DNA of 64,000 nt from Octopus bimaculoides (taxonomy: Eukaryota): positions 116,978,129 through 117,042,128 of the forward strand of contig NC_068984.1 in NCBI RefSeq assembly GCF_001194135.2, read 5' to 3'. The notes under the pieces are model-generated. The model was not told the DNA's origin. It made no database searches and saw only the letters and a program-made list of their open reading frames with translations. This document shows positions 40,387 to 52,529 of this stretch, in pieces (position 1 is the stretch's first letter; every line of letters begins with the position of its first letter). Made by a program: the position numbers and the translations under genes.

Positions 40387-43300
40387 CATAACCATCATCG
40401 TTTAACGTCCGCTTTCCATGCTAGCATGGGTTGGACGATTTGACTGAGGACTAGTGAACCAGATGGCTACACCAGGCTCCAATCTGATTTGGCAGAGTTT
40501 CTACAGCTGGATGCCCTTCCTAACGCCAACCACTCTGAGAGTGTTAGTGGGTGCTTTTACGTGCCAGCAGCACGAAGGACGTCAGGTGGTACTGGCAACG
40601 GCCACGCTCAAAATGGTGTATTTTACGTGCCACCTGCACAGGAGCCAGTCCAGCGGCACTGGCAATGATCTCGCTCAAAAGTCCTTACATGTGCCACCGG
40701 CACAAGTGCCAGGAAGGCGATGCCGGGCACAGGTGCCAAATTCATGAGCATTGATTGGAAGTTACTTATAAATATATTTTCTAGTAACTGTTTAGATTTT
40801 GGTACATATAAACATACTCACTGTCTGAATTGATGGATGGATGGATTGTATATTAATTAAAAATATAAAGCAGTTAATTTAGTATTTCAGAGGAATTATG
40901 GTTATTGTATTTCAGGATCTGCTGAATTTAGTGAGCTATTAAAAATCCATCTGTTACCTACAATACATGGAATAGTATTGAAAAGATTCTGTACAAAATT
41001 TTCCTAATATACATATAATCCGAGCATATTGTAGAATTAAAAAAATGATAGGTTTACACCATAGAATTTGAAATTATTGTCTTTATTAAAATTGTTGTTT
41101 CGTTGGGCACTAGATGTCTAGATTTGTTTTTACTACATTTTCTGACTTCAACATGAAACCAGGTTCTATAATACATTACGAGTGTTAGATGTGTTAAACT
41201 ATCCGAATGGAAACATTCTTTTTTCTTTTTTTTTTACAGAAATAGTTCCAGATCTGGTAATGTTAAAGTTGAAATTTGTGCATGTTTTCAATACATGGGA
41301 GGCAACTCTATCTTTCCTAGAAATTGCTAGTCATTTGTAGGTTACTTCCCCTTGATAGTCGATATTTCTCCTTTCCACGGAATTAAAGTATTTTATGTGT
41401 ATAACAGGTCGGACACCAGTTTTTTAATGTTGGTTGTTTATCACAACAACAGGTCGTTGAAATGTGAGATATACTATATCTTTATTTATAATGTTTTCAT
41501 TCGTAAGTTATAACGAATATTATTGATTATTAATTAAAAGCTATAATGATAATTTCGTTACTTATAACTTAATTATTTATAAGTATTTATCACTAAGCAT
41601 AACTCTTAGTTTAGATTAGGCTGCGTAAATGTTATGATGTATACATGACAAGACGCTGAATGAGCGTCTATTACGTGCATGTATGTTGAAGATATAGATT
41701 ATATTTTTTTGACCATTACACATAAAAAAATACAGTTTCATTAATATACAGAAATAAATTCAACAAGTTGAAAGAAACGAGAAGTAAAAGGAATTAAGTT
41801 TCAACATTAATTTATTATATACATATTTTTACATTTATAGAAATTTAGAAACAAAGCATTTCATCGTAGAGAATTTACGACTTAAATTTATTATTAACTA
41901 GTTTCTCATTCTAACTAATAAGGTTTCACGACAATTCAATATTGTCGGATGTGAGTATTGAACATGGCATATATATTAGCCTATACTCAAAAGGGTGAAT
42001 GTCGTGGACTTGAGTAACATCCAACGATCACTGGAGATTTAGCCGAAAATCAGGGTTTTTATAAATACTCATACACGAATCATAGAACCGTAACCCCGTG
42101 AAAGATTTCTTCAACTAAGTTCATGATTCGTATATGGGCATTAATTTTTAACCAATGAGAAATCAATAATTTTTCATGTTCGGGCAAACGAACTTACGTT
42201 CTCTCTCCGCTTCTTATGAATTTGCTACAAGTACATACGGTCAATAACACCTACTAGTCTAGATAATTTACTTCAATGTGTCTGACTGTCCATCACTGTA
42301 CCGTTTTAAACCTGTACTGGCTGGTGGTTAAACATTCATCTGTTATTGGTGTTCTTTCCACCGGTTCGTTTCCTTTTTGTTTTTCTTTGCTCTCTATTTC
42401 TCTGATAGCTCCACTGTACATAGCTGATAGTGGATTTAGTAAAAGCCCCAACAACGCCGAAAATTAAAAAGAAACTATCTCTCATATCAATTTATTATCA
42501 AGAGACCAGACCTTCTGTCAGAGGCTTCTAGTGATATTTAGATCCTGGTTTTCTAACTGTTATATATCAGACAATGGCTTGCTACGCCTAATACATATTC
42601 AGCACGAAAAGCTGCTCTGCTATAATTCACTCTAGTCTCGGTAATTTTGGTGAAACTGTTGAAGGTTTTATTTTTAAAGAGGCTAACGGCAGTTCCATAT
42701 ACTTTTAACTGTGATCATGCAGGCTACTAGCTTGAAGGCTTTTGTTGAATAAATCGATCACAGAACTCATTGTAAATCTAGTACTTGTTTTTTGTTTGGA
42801 CTTTTTCTGCCGAACCTGTAAGTTACCAGAGCGTAAATAAAGTAGCACCGGTGACAAGGTGGTGGTAGACCAACACAAAGACAATATACACAATGACATA
42901 CGATAAGCTTCCACAAAGTTTCCGTCTATCAAATTCACTCACAAAATATTGGTTAATCTGGAGCCATGGTGAAAGGCGTTTCGCAGTGGGACTGAACCCG
43001 GAACCTCGTGGTTGCGAAGCAACCTTCTTAACCACATAACCAAGATTGTGCTTAGAAGGGAAAATACGTGTTTGCTTTTCACAAAAACGCAAACAAGGAA
43101 ATAGTGTTTGCTTTTCACCATAACGTAAACAAGGAGACAAAAAAAGAAAAAGGAATATTAATGAGAAGCAATTTTTCAACAAGTTCTATCAGTGCACCTG
43201 CTTCTCCTTTCTGTTTGGAATGTTATCCAGAATGTCTAATAGCATATTACGTTGAATTTATTAGCGTTTACTGAAACAATTCCGTGAAGTTGACGATATA

Positions 43301-45245
43301 ACATACCTGAAGTGCGTCAAATTTCTATGGTTTTGCAGAGTTATGTCCCTTAAATTATAGGTTGCTTTTTCGTAAAACATTTCTTTCCCTGTAAGCGATT
43401 AAATTTGGTGGCTGCTTTAATGTGTGGTGTGTGTGACTTAGAGAAGTGTTGATAGTCATACAGTTAAGAGGTCTGCTTTGTAAAGTGGTTCCAGGTTTGA
43501 TTTAGTTGTACAGAAACTTGGAAATGTCTATAGCCACGGATTGACCTGTACTTTGTTAGTGAAAATTTCCCGTAAGCTTCTCCCTCTCTGTCTGTCTGTC
43601 TGTCTCTCTCTCTCCCTCTCACACACACCATTTGGAGATGTGTGTGAGAACAAGTTCTTGGTGTCAGCAAAGATAGCTTAAAGAAATAGTGCCTTCAAAT
43701 AAAAATCCCCTAGTGTGATATTTTGTTCAGTACAAGTTATTCAGACAATCCCTTTGTCAAAACCCTCCATGAGAAATGCAGTGAAAGACAGTCTTTTTTT
43801 TTTTTTTTTTTTTTGAAATCTAACTGTATTGACAGTTTTATCAAGCACAGTATTTAAGTTCAAATGCTAACGTTAATAATTCATCGGTCCTTGGAAGGAC
43901 TGAAAGCAACAGAGTTGCACCTCTTGGAATTTGGTTTCAGAATGGAAAGGGATTAATGCCATCATCATTTAACGTCTGCTTCTCCATTATTCCATGGGTC
44001 AGGTGTAATTTGTTGATGCAGAATTTCTGCAGCTAGATGCCCTTCCTGCAAACCAACCCTCATTTGTTTCTAATGAAGGTAATATTTTCCCATGATGAGA
44101 CATGTTTATTTACATGGTAGATTGGAAACAAACAATGTTGTATGTGTGATGGTGCTGCATGTTTACAATCATCACATGATGTCAAGCCAGGGGTACACAC
44201 ACACATATACACAAATACATAACTGGTACATCATCGGTTACAACGACAAGGGTTCCAGTTGAGCTGATCAACCGAACAGCCTGCTTGTGAAATTAATGTG
44301 CAAGTGACTGAGCACTCCACAGACACGTGTACCCTTAACGTAGTTCTCAGGGTGACAACACAGAATGTGACAAGGTTGATCCTTTCAAATACAAGTACAA
44401 CTCATTTTTGCCAGCTGAAGTGGACTGGAGCAATGTGAAATAAAGTGTTTTGCTCAGAAATTGAACTTATGGCTGAGAGCTGACTACCCGAACCACTAAG
44501 CCATGCACCTTTACTTACATATACATAACACACATCATCATCATTTAACGTCCGTTTTCCATGCTGGCATGGGTTGGATGTTTTGACTGAAATCTAATAA
44601 GCTAAGGAGCTGCATCAGGTTTCAATCTGATTTGGTGTGGTTTCTACAGTTGGATGCCCTTCCTAATGCCAACCACTCCAAGAGTGTAGTGGGTGCTTTT
44701 TTATGTGCCAGTTACAAAACATTGGCATCAGCCTCATCTACGACCTCACTTGGCTTGACAGGTCTTCCCAAGCACAGTATATTGCCAATGGTCTCAGCCA
44801 TTTGTCACTGCCTCTGTGAGGCCCAAAGTTTGCAGGGTGGATTCTTTTTACATGCCACATAAATATGCATACATACACTGAGCTTCTGCACAGTTTTTTT
44901 GCCTACCAAATACACTCAAGGCTTTGGTTGGCTCAGGGTTATAGTAAAAGACACTTACCCAAAGTACTGTGCAGTGGGACTGAACCCAGGACCATGTTGA
45001 TGAGGAGCAAGTTTCTTAACCACACATAAAAAGAAATTACTTTGTTTGATGCTTTACCAGTTCTCTTCTGCTGTTCATAATATTCATACCAGTAATATAC
45101 AGGGGAATGTTATTCCATTGATATACCCATCCACTACAAATTTATAGCTATTTATTGCTGTGAAACAAATTATTATTATATTCCAATTCAATCTTGTTTT
45201 GTCTTTCACTAAAATCTTGTTTTGTGTCTTTCCTTCTTCCAACAG

Positions 45246-45428
45246 TATGAAATTAGTATGGTTGTCGTCCTAATATGTGAAATTGTCCTCTCCCTGTTCT
45301 TTTTTGTCATTTATTCCAAACCTGGTTTAATGACTGAAATCAATATGGAGAAATTCTTCAAAGGTGTCGTTAAATCATACAGAGAAGACCTTGATCAACA
45401 AAACTTCATTGATAATTTCCAACAGAAG
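45246..45428 (+). CDS. Tetraspanin exon: TM3 and start of large extracellular loop (YEISMVVVLICEIV...YREDLDQQNFIDNFQQK)
   Basis: Acceptor tccttcttccaacag ends 45245; donor AAG|gtaagt at 45429; 183 nt; YREDLDQQNFID matches the TspanC8 YRDDxDLQNxID pattern. Confidence 0.93.
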
Positions 45429-45599
45429 GTAAGTCTCATTTTCTCTCTCACTCCCTCTCTCCCTTTCCATCTCATTCTCTTTCTTCTCTCTATTTCTTTC
45501 TTTTACTATCCTCCTCTTATTCTCTCTCTCTCTCTCTTCTTATCTGTCTCTTTCATTCTCTTTTTCACCCCCCCCTCTATCATTTTTCTATTATTCACT

Positions 45600-46459
45600 C
45601 ACTTGCTTGCCAAAGTTCCTGGACCAGTTATGTTTAATAAAAAATAGCTTATTTACCTTAAATTTTAACATCATCTCCTTTGAAATAGTCACCTTGCACA
45701 GCAATGCACCAGTCCCAGTGTTCCTACCACTTTTGAAATCCAGCTTGGAAGTCATTTTCTGTAAGTAAGTCCTTGTAAGCAAGAAGAGATGGAAGTCCAC
45801 AGGTGCTAAAGCTGGCGAATAGGATGGGTGTGCAGAGATACTGTGTTGTTTTTGGCAAGAAACTCAGAAGTGAGAAGACCTCAGTGACAGGATGCATTGT
45901 CATCATGAAGAATCCAATTCTTTGTGCTCCATAGATCCAGTCGCTTTTGCCGAATGTCTTCTCTCAAATGCTTCAAAACATTGCAGTAGAACTCTCAATT
46001 GATGGTCTGGCTCTGGGAGAGAAACTCTCGATGCACAATACCTTATTTCTGGGGTTAAGCTTGTGGCAGATCTTCGAGATTGTTCATCGTCTTTCAGGGA
46101 TGTTCTTCTGCTTTTGAAGCACCAGTGTCACTTGAAACATTGCATACGACCCATTGCCCCGTCTCTGTAAGTTTGCCAAAGCATGCTCAGTGTTACTGTA
46201 GCAGACTTCCCAAGTTTAATAATGCAAAATTTCAGATTGGTTCTTTGTTCCAACTTTCTGTTCGTGACAAAACCACAGACTACAACATACACATGATCAC
46301 TAAAACATAAATTTCACAACTTGCAAAGTAAACAGCAATGTGACTCAGCATACTTCCTCATGAAGGTCACTGCCAGCTCTCACTGCTCATACAACCATGT
46401 GCTGCCATCTGTTGGTGCACTACAGAACTTGTCCATGAACTTTTTGATACCACATCATA
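45600..46459 (-). pseudogene. mariner transposon fossil of a different subfamily, in the intron after the TM3 exon
   Basis: Minus strand gives HPSYSPALAPVDFHLF and LTENDFQAGFQKW*EHWDWCIAVQGDYFKGD; degenerate TIRs AAAGTTCCTGGAC / GTCCATGAACTTTTTGATAC. Confidence 0.8.
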
Positions 46460-46939
46460 CAATAGTTATTATCTGTGTAAACCTGTTTGAGTATAGGTGT
46501 AACAGTTGTTACAAACATTGCTTTATAATAAACTATTTTCAATAATGATAATTTGTGTTCCATTGAGGGAGAGCTATAACTTGGTTTTTGGTGTTGTAAA
46601 ATAGGGATATCTCTTATTTGCTTTCAATATATTGTCCAATCAAAGCCGTAACCTGGTAGAATTGTTAACACACTGGGCCAAATGCAGTTTTTAGTCTGTC
46701 TTTATATTCTGAGTTCACATTCTGTTGAGGTTGAATTTGTCTTTCATCCTTTTAGGCTCAATAAAAAAAATACCAGTTGAACACTGGGGTTGATAATCAC
46801 CTTGCCCTCTCCCTTGAACTTGCTGGCCTAGTGCCAAAATTTAAAGCCAATATATTGTCCAATCGCATGCTTTATGCTTGCTATTGCAAGTATTTATACT
46901 ACCTACAGTACATTTTTAATTAACACTCTCTTTCAACAG

Positions 46940-47074
46940 CTGGAATGCTGTGGCATGAACGATGATCCAAACACTGGTTACAAAGATTGGAACAGTAACA
47001 TGTACTTCACCTGTAGTGCCAATAATACCAGCCCAGAGAAATGTTCTGTACCTTTTTCCTGTTGCAAGAAGAAG
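46940..47074 (+). CDS. Tetraspanin exon: CCG domain (LECCGMNDDPNTGYKDWNSNMYFTCSANNTSPEKCSVPFSCCKKK)
   Basis: Acceptor ctctctttcaacag ends 46939; donor AAG|gtatgt at 47075; 135 nt; CCG, DW, NxYF, CxVPxSCC and an NNT sequon. Confidence 0.95.
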
Positions 47075-48046
47075 GTATGTAAAAATTTGACTTTTTTCCA
47101 TTCGTGGAGATTATTTACTTCCTTGTGTTTCTGTTCTTACCTTTGGCGTACTTTTGTTGTTCATTCCTATATGTATGTTTATGCATACATGTGCACACAC
47201 ACACATCGTTTGTTGTTTTTAATTTAGCCTATTGTTGTTGTTGTTGTGTTACCATAGGTTGGTCCTGATCAAACAGCTCTATGACATGTTGGTGTAAGCC
47301 TGCCTAGCAAAGAGCTTCATTACACAATCCATCACACAAAGCCATAAATCTGTTATCAATTATTTTCTGGCTGTGTTTATTATCTTGATATCGTGTTTCC
47401 AGGACTATATAATCTAATGTATCCTTCCTTTTTTAATGACAACATAGTGTAATTTGAAAGATATTTGGCTGTTATTTCTACAGATCTTATTGACTACCTT
47501 AAGGTTCCTTAATTTGGCGTTTCTTGATTAGCTCCCTTTAAAGAGTTTCCGTTGGAATTCAAGAAAATAGCATCAGTTCTAAGAGACCAACACCAGGTCT
47601 TGCCAACTTTTTATTTTTTATAATTTTTAAAAATGTTGTAGTGCAACCTCTGATTTATAGTGAAAAGGAAATAGGCAAAGTGGTGACGTTTATTCCTTTT
47701 TCAAGGGCATTTAACTCCTAAAGTCCTATATTGCAGATATCTGCAACTGTTGTCAAATCTTCAACTGCATGAAAGTATTTCAAATGGTGTTGTTATTTTG
47801 AGGGTCCAAAACTGGAAGTAAGCATTCTTCTGTGTGAGGAACCAATTTTAGCCTCGTTTGAAAATGAACTTTCTGGCAAAGGACTTCCTGATTGCAGCAT
47901 GCATGTTTAGTTTTTGTGTTTTATCAAGTAAAAAATTCCGTAAACTTTTTCCTTCTTTCAGTTTTTTAACCTAACTATTGTTAATACATTGAGCAGTGTG
48001 TTAGAATTTGGTGATATTATTTATTATTTATCTATTGATGATTTAA

Positions 48047-48267
48047 CCCTTTCGTTACCAACCCAGCTGAAACCGGCTCTGGCTCTGTAGTACAAATGTC
48101 TTGTTTACATAAGTTTTGAATAAAAATCTTCCACCAAACCTTAGTCACAATTTGTGTTCCTAACACTAGCTTAATGATAACTAAGTTATTTTACTAAATT
48201 CTTTGTTATATTTGAAATAATTAATAGAAACACAGAGCATCTCAAAATAAATACAGTAACGAAAGGG
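48047..48267. mobile_element. piggyBac-type MITE with intact TIRs and TTAA TSD
   Basis: TTAA|CCCTTTCGTTAC ... GTAACGAAAGGG|TTAA; 221 bp, non-coding. Confidence 0.88.
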
Positions 48268-48955
48268 TTAATGTGAAGATCAATGCTCAACATTCACTTA
48301 TTTTGTAATCATCTAAATATTACTCTCCCTATATGAGGAGGTGATAGTTATATGACAATGGGTAAAAATCAACAACTAGTAATAGTTCATTGAGAATATA
48401 CACCAATGACCATTATCAGCAAATTTCATCCAAATCCATGTGATAGTTATAGTTAACTCTTTTGATTGCTATCCCTGTGTCTATTACACAACTTCCCTGC
48501 ATTAAAGTGATCTAATAATGACAAATGAATTATTAATAATGACAAATGTATTTCAATAAATTCTTCATTATTTTCAAAATTAATCGACACAAAGGCTGTG
48601 TATTTTAACAGAAATATAGTAGCAAAAATGGTTAATACTGGACCGATTGCATTTAAAAAAAATCTAGTTTCTCACAGGATTAAGATATTGTCTTGCAATC
48701 ATTCTATTGTTCCAGTTGAGAAAGCATTACAGAAGTTTAAGAGTTAATTTTATGACAAACGTAATTTATGGTCATGATTTCAAATTTCATTGCAACCACA
48801 AAAATAAATAGATAAATAAAAATGAAAATCTAACAATTTGCACAGAAACAAATAATTTTAATTTATACTAAGATATAGTTTTTAATTACATGCATTTTTT
48901 ATTTTTATTTATTTATTTAAAACTGATGTCTTAATGTTTTTCGGTATATTTTCAG

Positions 48956-49006
48956 GAAAATGGTCTCATAAATTTAAAATGTGGCAACAAAATGTTAGAT
49001 GACAAT
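48956..49006 (+). CDS. Tetraspanin short exon (ENGLINLKCGNKMLDDN)
   Basis: Acceptor tatattttcag ends 48955; donor AAT|gtgagt at 49007; 51 nt; supplies the seventh loop cysteine (NxxCG) expected in TspanC8. Too short for the ORF track. Confidence 0.85.
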
Positions 49007-49456
49007 GTGAGTTCTTTAAAATTGTATTTTTTTTTTATTAATTTTTGAAAACTGTTTTGGTTGTTGTTGTTTAAATTCTTAAAAATTGCTTATTTTCCTT
49101 TTTGATTTTAATTACTTTGTTTTTTTAATAGTTTTTAATTACATTTCTCTTCTGAAAAAACTTCTTGAATTGTTTTTAGAATGTGTGTTGTTTGGTACTT
49201 TTAAATTTTGTCTTTTTTTAATTTTTAGAATTGTGTTCTGTTTTTAGACATTTTTTTATACTTGAGCTGTTTTTTCTTAGTTATAGCATGATAAAGTTTC
49301 AAATTTTGTTCTTTAAAAAGCAAAAGCAATTTAAGATGATTGTTTCAGCTGGATACACAAATGAAATACTTTCATTTAAAAATCCTCATTGTGCCTATTT
49401 TCTTTGTCTCTCTATAGCTGTAGTTTCTGATTAGGGTGCCATGATATACCATAGAC

Positions 49457-49764
49457 CAGGGGTTTTCAAACTGTGGTCCGCGGACCACTGGGGGTCCGCA
49501 AGGACAAGACAGGGGGGTCTGTGGACAGCAAATACTTTTTATGGGCAATTTGATTTTATATATGTTTTTTAATTGAAATCTTTTAATTGACAATAAACCC
49601 ATTTGTTAAATACTGTTAAATACTGTTGAATAAATAAATGTAAAAATATATGTTATTTTAAGCAAATATTTATGTATAAATTTCATAAGCGTTTATAAGG
49701 GGATCCCTAAGGTAAAGCCTGAAATATAGAGGGGTCCGCAAGTCAAAAAGTTTGAAAACCCCTG
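49457..49764. mobile_element. hAT MITE with TIRs and 8-bp TSD
   Basis: CAGGGGTTTTCAAACT ... AGTTTGAAAACCCCTG, flanked on both sides by CCATAGAC (49449-49456, 49765-49772). Confidence 0.92.
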
Positions 49765-50324
49765 CCATAGACCATAGTTAAGAACACTGATGTTTTAAAT
49801 AGGAATAATAAAACTGACTAAAACTTGCAACACACACACGCATGGATGCAAACACTTGTGCAGATAAGGATACACATCATAGGAAGACAGAATGGACTAA
49901 ACACAACAGGAGGATACACGTGGGATGAAAAGTTGTTGAAGAGGTCATGGATGCATGATGAAAGATTTCCAGACAACGGACTTAATATAAAATAAGAATA
50001 ATAATAAACAATAATAGACAGTGCTCCAGCACGGACACAGTCATATGAATGAAACCAGTAAAAGAAAGAAAGTAAATTTTGAATGCAGTATAGCTGTGAA
50101 AACAGCAAAGAAAGATTGGGTAGTTACTCTTATAAGACGGGAAAAGTTGTCAGCAGATGGCTGCAGGACTCGAACCCATATCCCTCAGGTACCGGCTAAG
50201 TACTCTACCATTAAGCTAAACGGCCCACTGACAATAATCACCATCACCATCAAATTTAACACTAAATAATAATGCAACATTTTGGAATGCAACAACATTT
50301 TGTAAATACACATATGTGTGTGAG

Positions 50325-50356
<32 letters not shown>

Positions 50357-50579
50357 TTGTGTGTGTGTGTTTATATAGATAAACAGATAATGTGTCTATA
50401 TGCGCTTTCATCTTAGCCATAAACACCATATATGTGTGCACTCTATATAGTGGATGGTTTGCGTCAAAAAGGTACTGGATAATTCACAAATAAACCCATG
50501 AGATTATAGTTGTAATATATATAGTTCTTAACTAATAATAATTTTTTTTTTTTTTTTTTTTTTGTTTCTGTTTTTCCAG

Positions 50580-50699
50580 ATGTTTAGTAAATTTGGTTCT
50601 GCTATCAACACCAGAGGATGCCAGTATGCAATCAGAATGTGGATAACAAATAACATGCTAAAACTAGGTGGCATCATACTTGGAATTCTTGTCCCACAG
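50580..50699 (+). CDS. Tetraspanin exon: end of large loop and TM4 N-half (MFSKFGSAINTRGCQYAIRMWITNNMLKLGGIILGILVPQ)
   Basis: Long poly-T tract and ccag ending 50579; donor CAG|gtaaca at 50700; 120 nt; INTRGC eighth cysteine, W, and PQ. Confidence 0.92.
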
Positions 50700-51623
50700 G
50701 TAACAACTATCCATTGTTACATGTTAATTGACATACATACATAATTATCTATTACTATTATTATTACTACTACTATTGTGCCCGCGGCATGTGTAAGGAC
50801 TTTCGAGCGATATCGTTGCCAGTGCCCCTGGACTGGCTCTTCTGCGGGTGGCACATAAAATACACCATTTCGAGCATGGCCGTTGCCAGTACCTCCTGAC
50901 TGGCCTTCGTGCCGGTGGCACGTAAAAGCACCCACTACACTCTCTGAGTGGTTGGTGTTAAGAAGGGCATCCAGCTGTAGAAACTCTGCCAAATCAGACT
51001 GGAGCCTGGTGTAGCCATCTGGTTTCACCAGTCCTCAATCAAATCGTCCAACCCATACTAGCATGGAAAGTGGATGCTAAACGACGATGACGATGATTAG
51101 TGAGGGTGCACGGCCTGCTGGTTAGGGTTTTGTGATCATGATTTCAGTTCTAAGACTGGGTGGTGCGTTGTGTTCTTGAGTAATGCACTTCATCTCACAT
51201 TGCTCTGTGATCATGTTGACACCTGATGCATGGTACACCACACACCTGTTCAGACAATATTGGTTTGATCGAGGCAGTGAGCAAATGTGCAGCACAAATG
51301 TTTGATCACTATAAACAAATTGTTTGTGCAGGTCGTTTGGCAAAAAGCTGAACGTTCAGATCTTATCTTTGATGGGAGAGTCCATCATTTCAGTGGTGGG
51401 GTGGCAGAATTGTTAGCATGCCAGACAAAATAATGTTCAGTAGGTTTTCAACCAGTTCTATGTTCCGAGTTCAAATTCTGCCTAGATCAACTTTGCCTTT
51501 CATCTCTCTGGAGTCAATGAAATAAGTAGGTCTTGATCACTGGTTTCAGTGTGATTGACTATCCCTCTTCGCTCAAAAATTCAGGCCTTGTGCCTATAGT
51601 AGAAAGGATTATTGCTTTATATA

Positions 51624-52017
51624 CCAACGTTGCCTTCCTGGCACTTGTGCCAGTGGCACGTGAAAAGACATTCGAGCGAGTTCGTTGCCAGTACCGCTGG
51701 ACTGGCTCCTGTGCAGGNNNNNNNNNNCGAGCGAGTTCGTTGCCAGTACCGCTGGACTGGCTCCTGTGCAGGTGGCACGTAAAATACACCATTTCGAGTG
51801 TGGCCGTTGCCAGTACCTCCTGACGGGCCTTGGTGCCAGTGGCACGTAAAAGCACCCACTACACTCTCGGAGTGGTTGGCGTTAGGAAGGGCATCCAGCT
51901 GTAGAAACTCTGCCAGATCAGATTGGAGCCTGGTGTAGCTATCTGGTTTACCACTCCTCCGTCAAATCGTCCAACCCATGCTAGCATGGAAAGCGGACAT
52001 TAAACGATGATGGTGAT
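51624..52017 (+). mobile_element. Family D retroposon (RTE-like tail, GAT tail, internal sub-repeats)
   Basis: GGTTGGCGTTAGGAAGGGCATCCAGCTGTAGAAAC...CATGCTAGCATGGAAAGCGGACRTTAAACGATGATG; 5' part built of GTGCCAGTGGCACGT-type sub-repeats. Copies at 32120(-), 33890(-), 35085(+), 38613(-), 40117(+), 40392(-), 43960(-), 44533(-), 50778(+), 59783(-). Confidence 0.85.
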
Positions 52018-52283
52018 CTAACATGCTCAGCTTGCTGCAGGAGATGTCATTCATGTACCAGTTGTTCACTTATCGTGAACTAAGTTTGTATGTTCTTTTC
52101 AAGTCTCAATGACTTTGTAGAGACTTCTTGCACTACCAAGTAACGCTGTTTTTTGGATGTTTTTTTTATTTTCATTTTTATTCTTTTCTGCTTCCATCCT
52201 GATGGTTATTATTAAAAAAAAAAAATGACTTATTTTCATTCAGTTTCTCATCTTTTATTTATTTATTTTTTTCTTCATTCCAG

Positions 52284-52409
52284 TTCTTCCTTATCCATCT
52301 TGTACGTGCATTCAAGTCACAGATTGCCCATCAGCGTGCCAAATTAAAGAGAAGCGAAATGCTATTACTTCAAGTGGAAGGACACGGGGACATTTCTCAT
52401 ATTTCGTAA
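52284..52409 (+). CDS. Tetraspanin terminal coding exon (FFLIHLVRAFKSQIAHQRAKLKRSEMLLLQVEGHGDISHIS*)
   Basis: Acceptor ttcttcattccag ends 52283; completes TM4; QIxxQRA resembles the post-TM4 segment of TspanC8 proteins; TAA at 52407-52409. Confidence 0.82.
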   Translation, partial: FFLIHLVRAFKSQIAHQRAKLKRSEMLLLQVEGHGDISHIS

Positions 52410-52529
52410 TCTTGGTGTAATTTGCTAAAAGAAATTCTTGAATTTAAAAAAAAAAAATTTTTTTTTTTTGGTTTTCTAAATTAAATCTGGTTTTCAGAAA
52501 TGAAAACAATTATAATGCATCAAACACAC

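Larger units (their letters stand above)
33019..52409 (+). other. TspanC8-subgroup tetraspanin gene (Tspan5/17/33-like), partial span lacking first coding exon
   Basis: Six AG/GT-bounded exons join in frame to 267 aa: TM1 end, TM2 with GCMGSLRE, TM3 with Glu (ICEIV), large loop with CCG and 8 Cys, YRED and NMYF motifs, TM4 with PQ, basic tail. Exact vertebrate ortholog cannot be assigned by eye. Confidence 0.92.

Noticed and set aside
41460-41510. CEIYYIFIYNVFI followed by GTAAGT, resembling TM1
   Set aside because: Lies downstream of the TM1/TM2 exon, so the order is wrong, and the phase does not fit.
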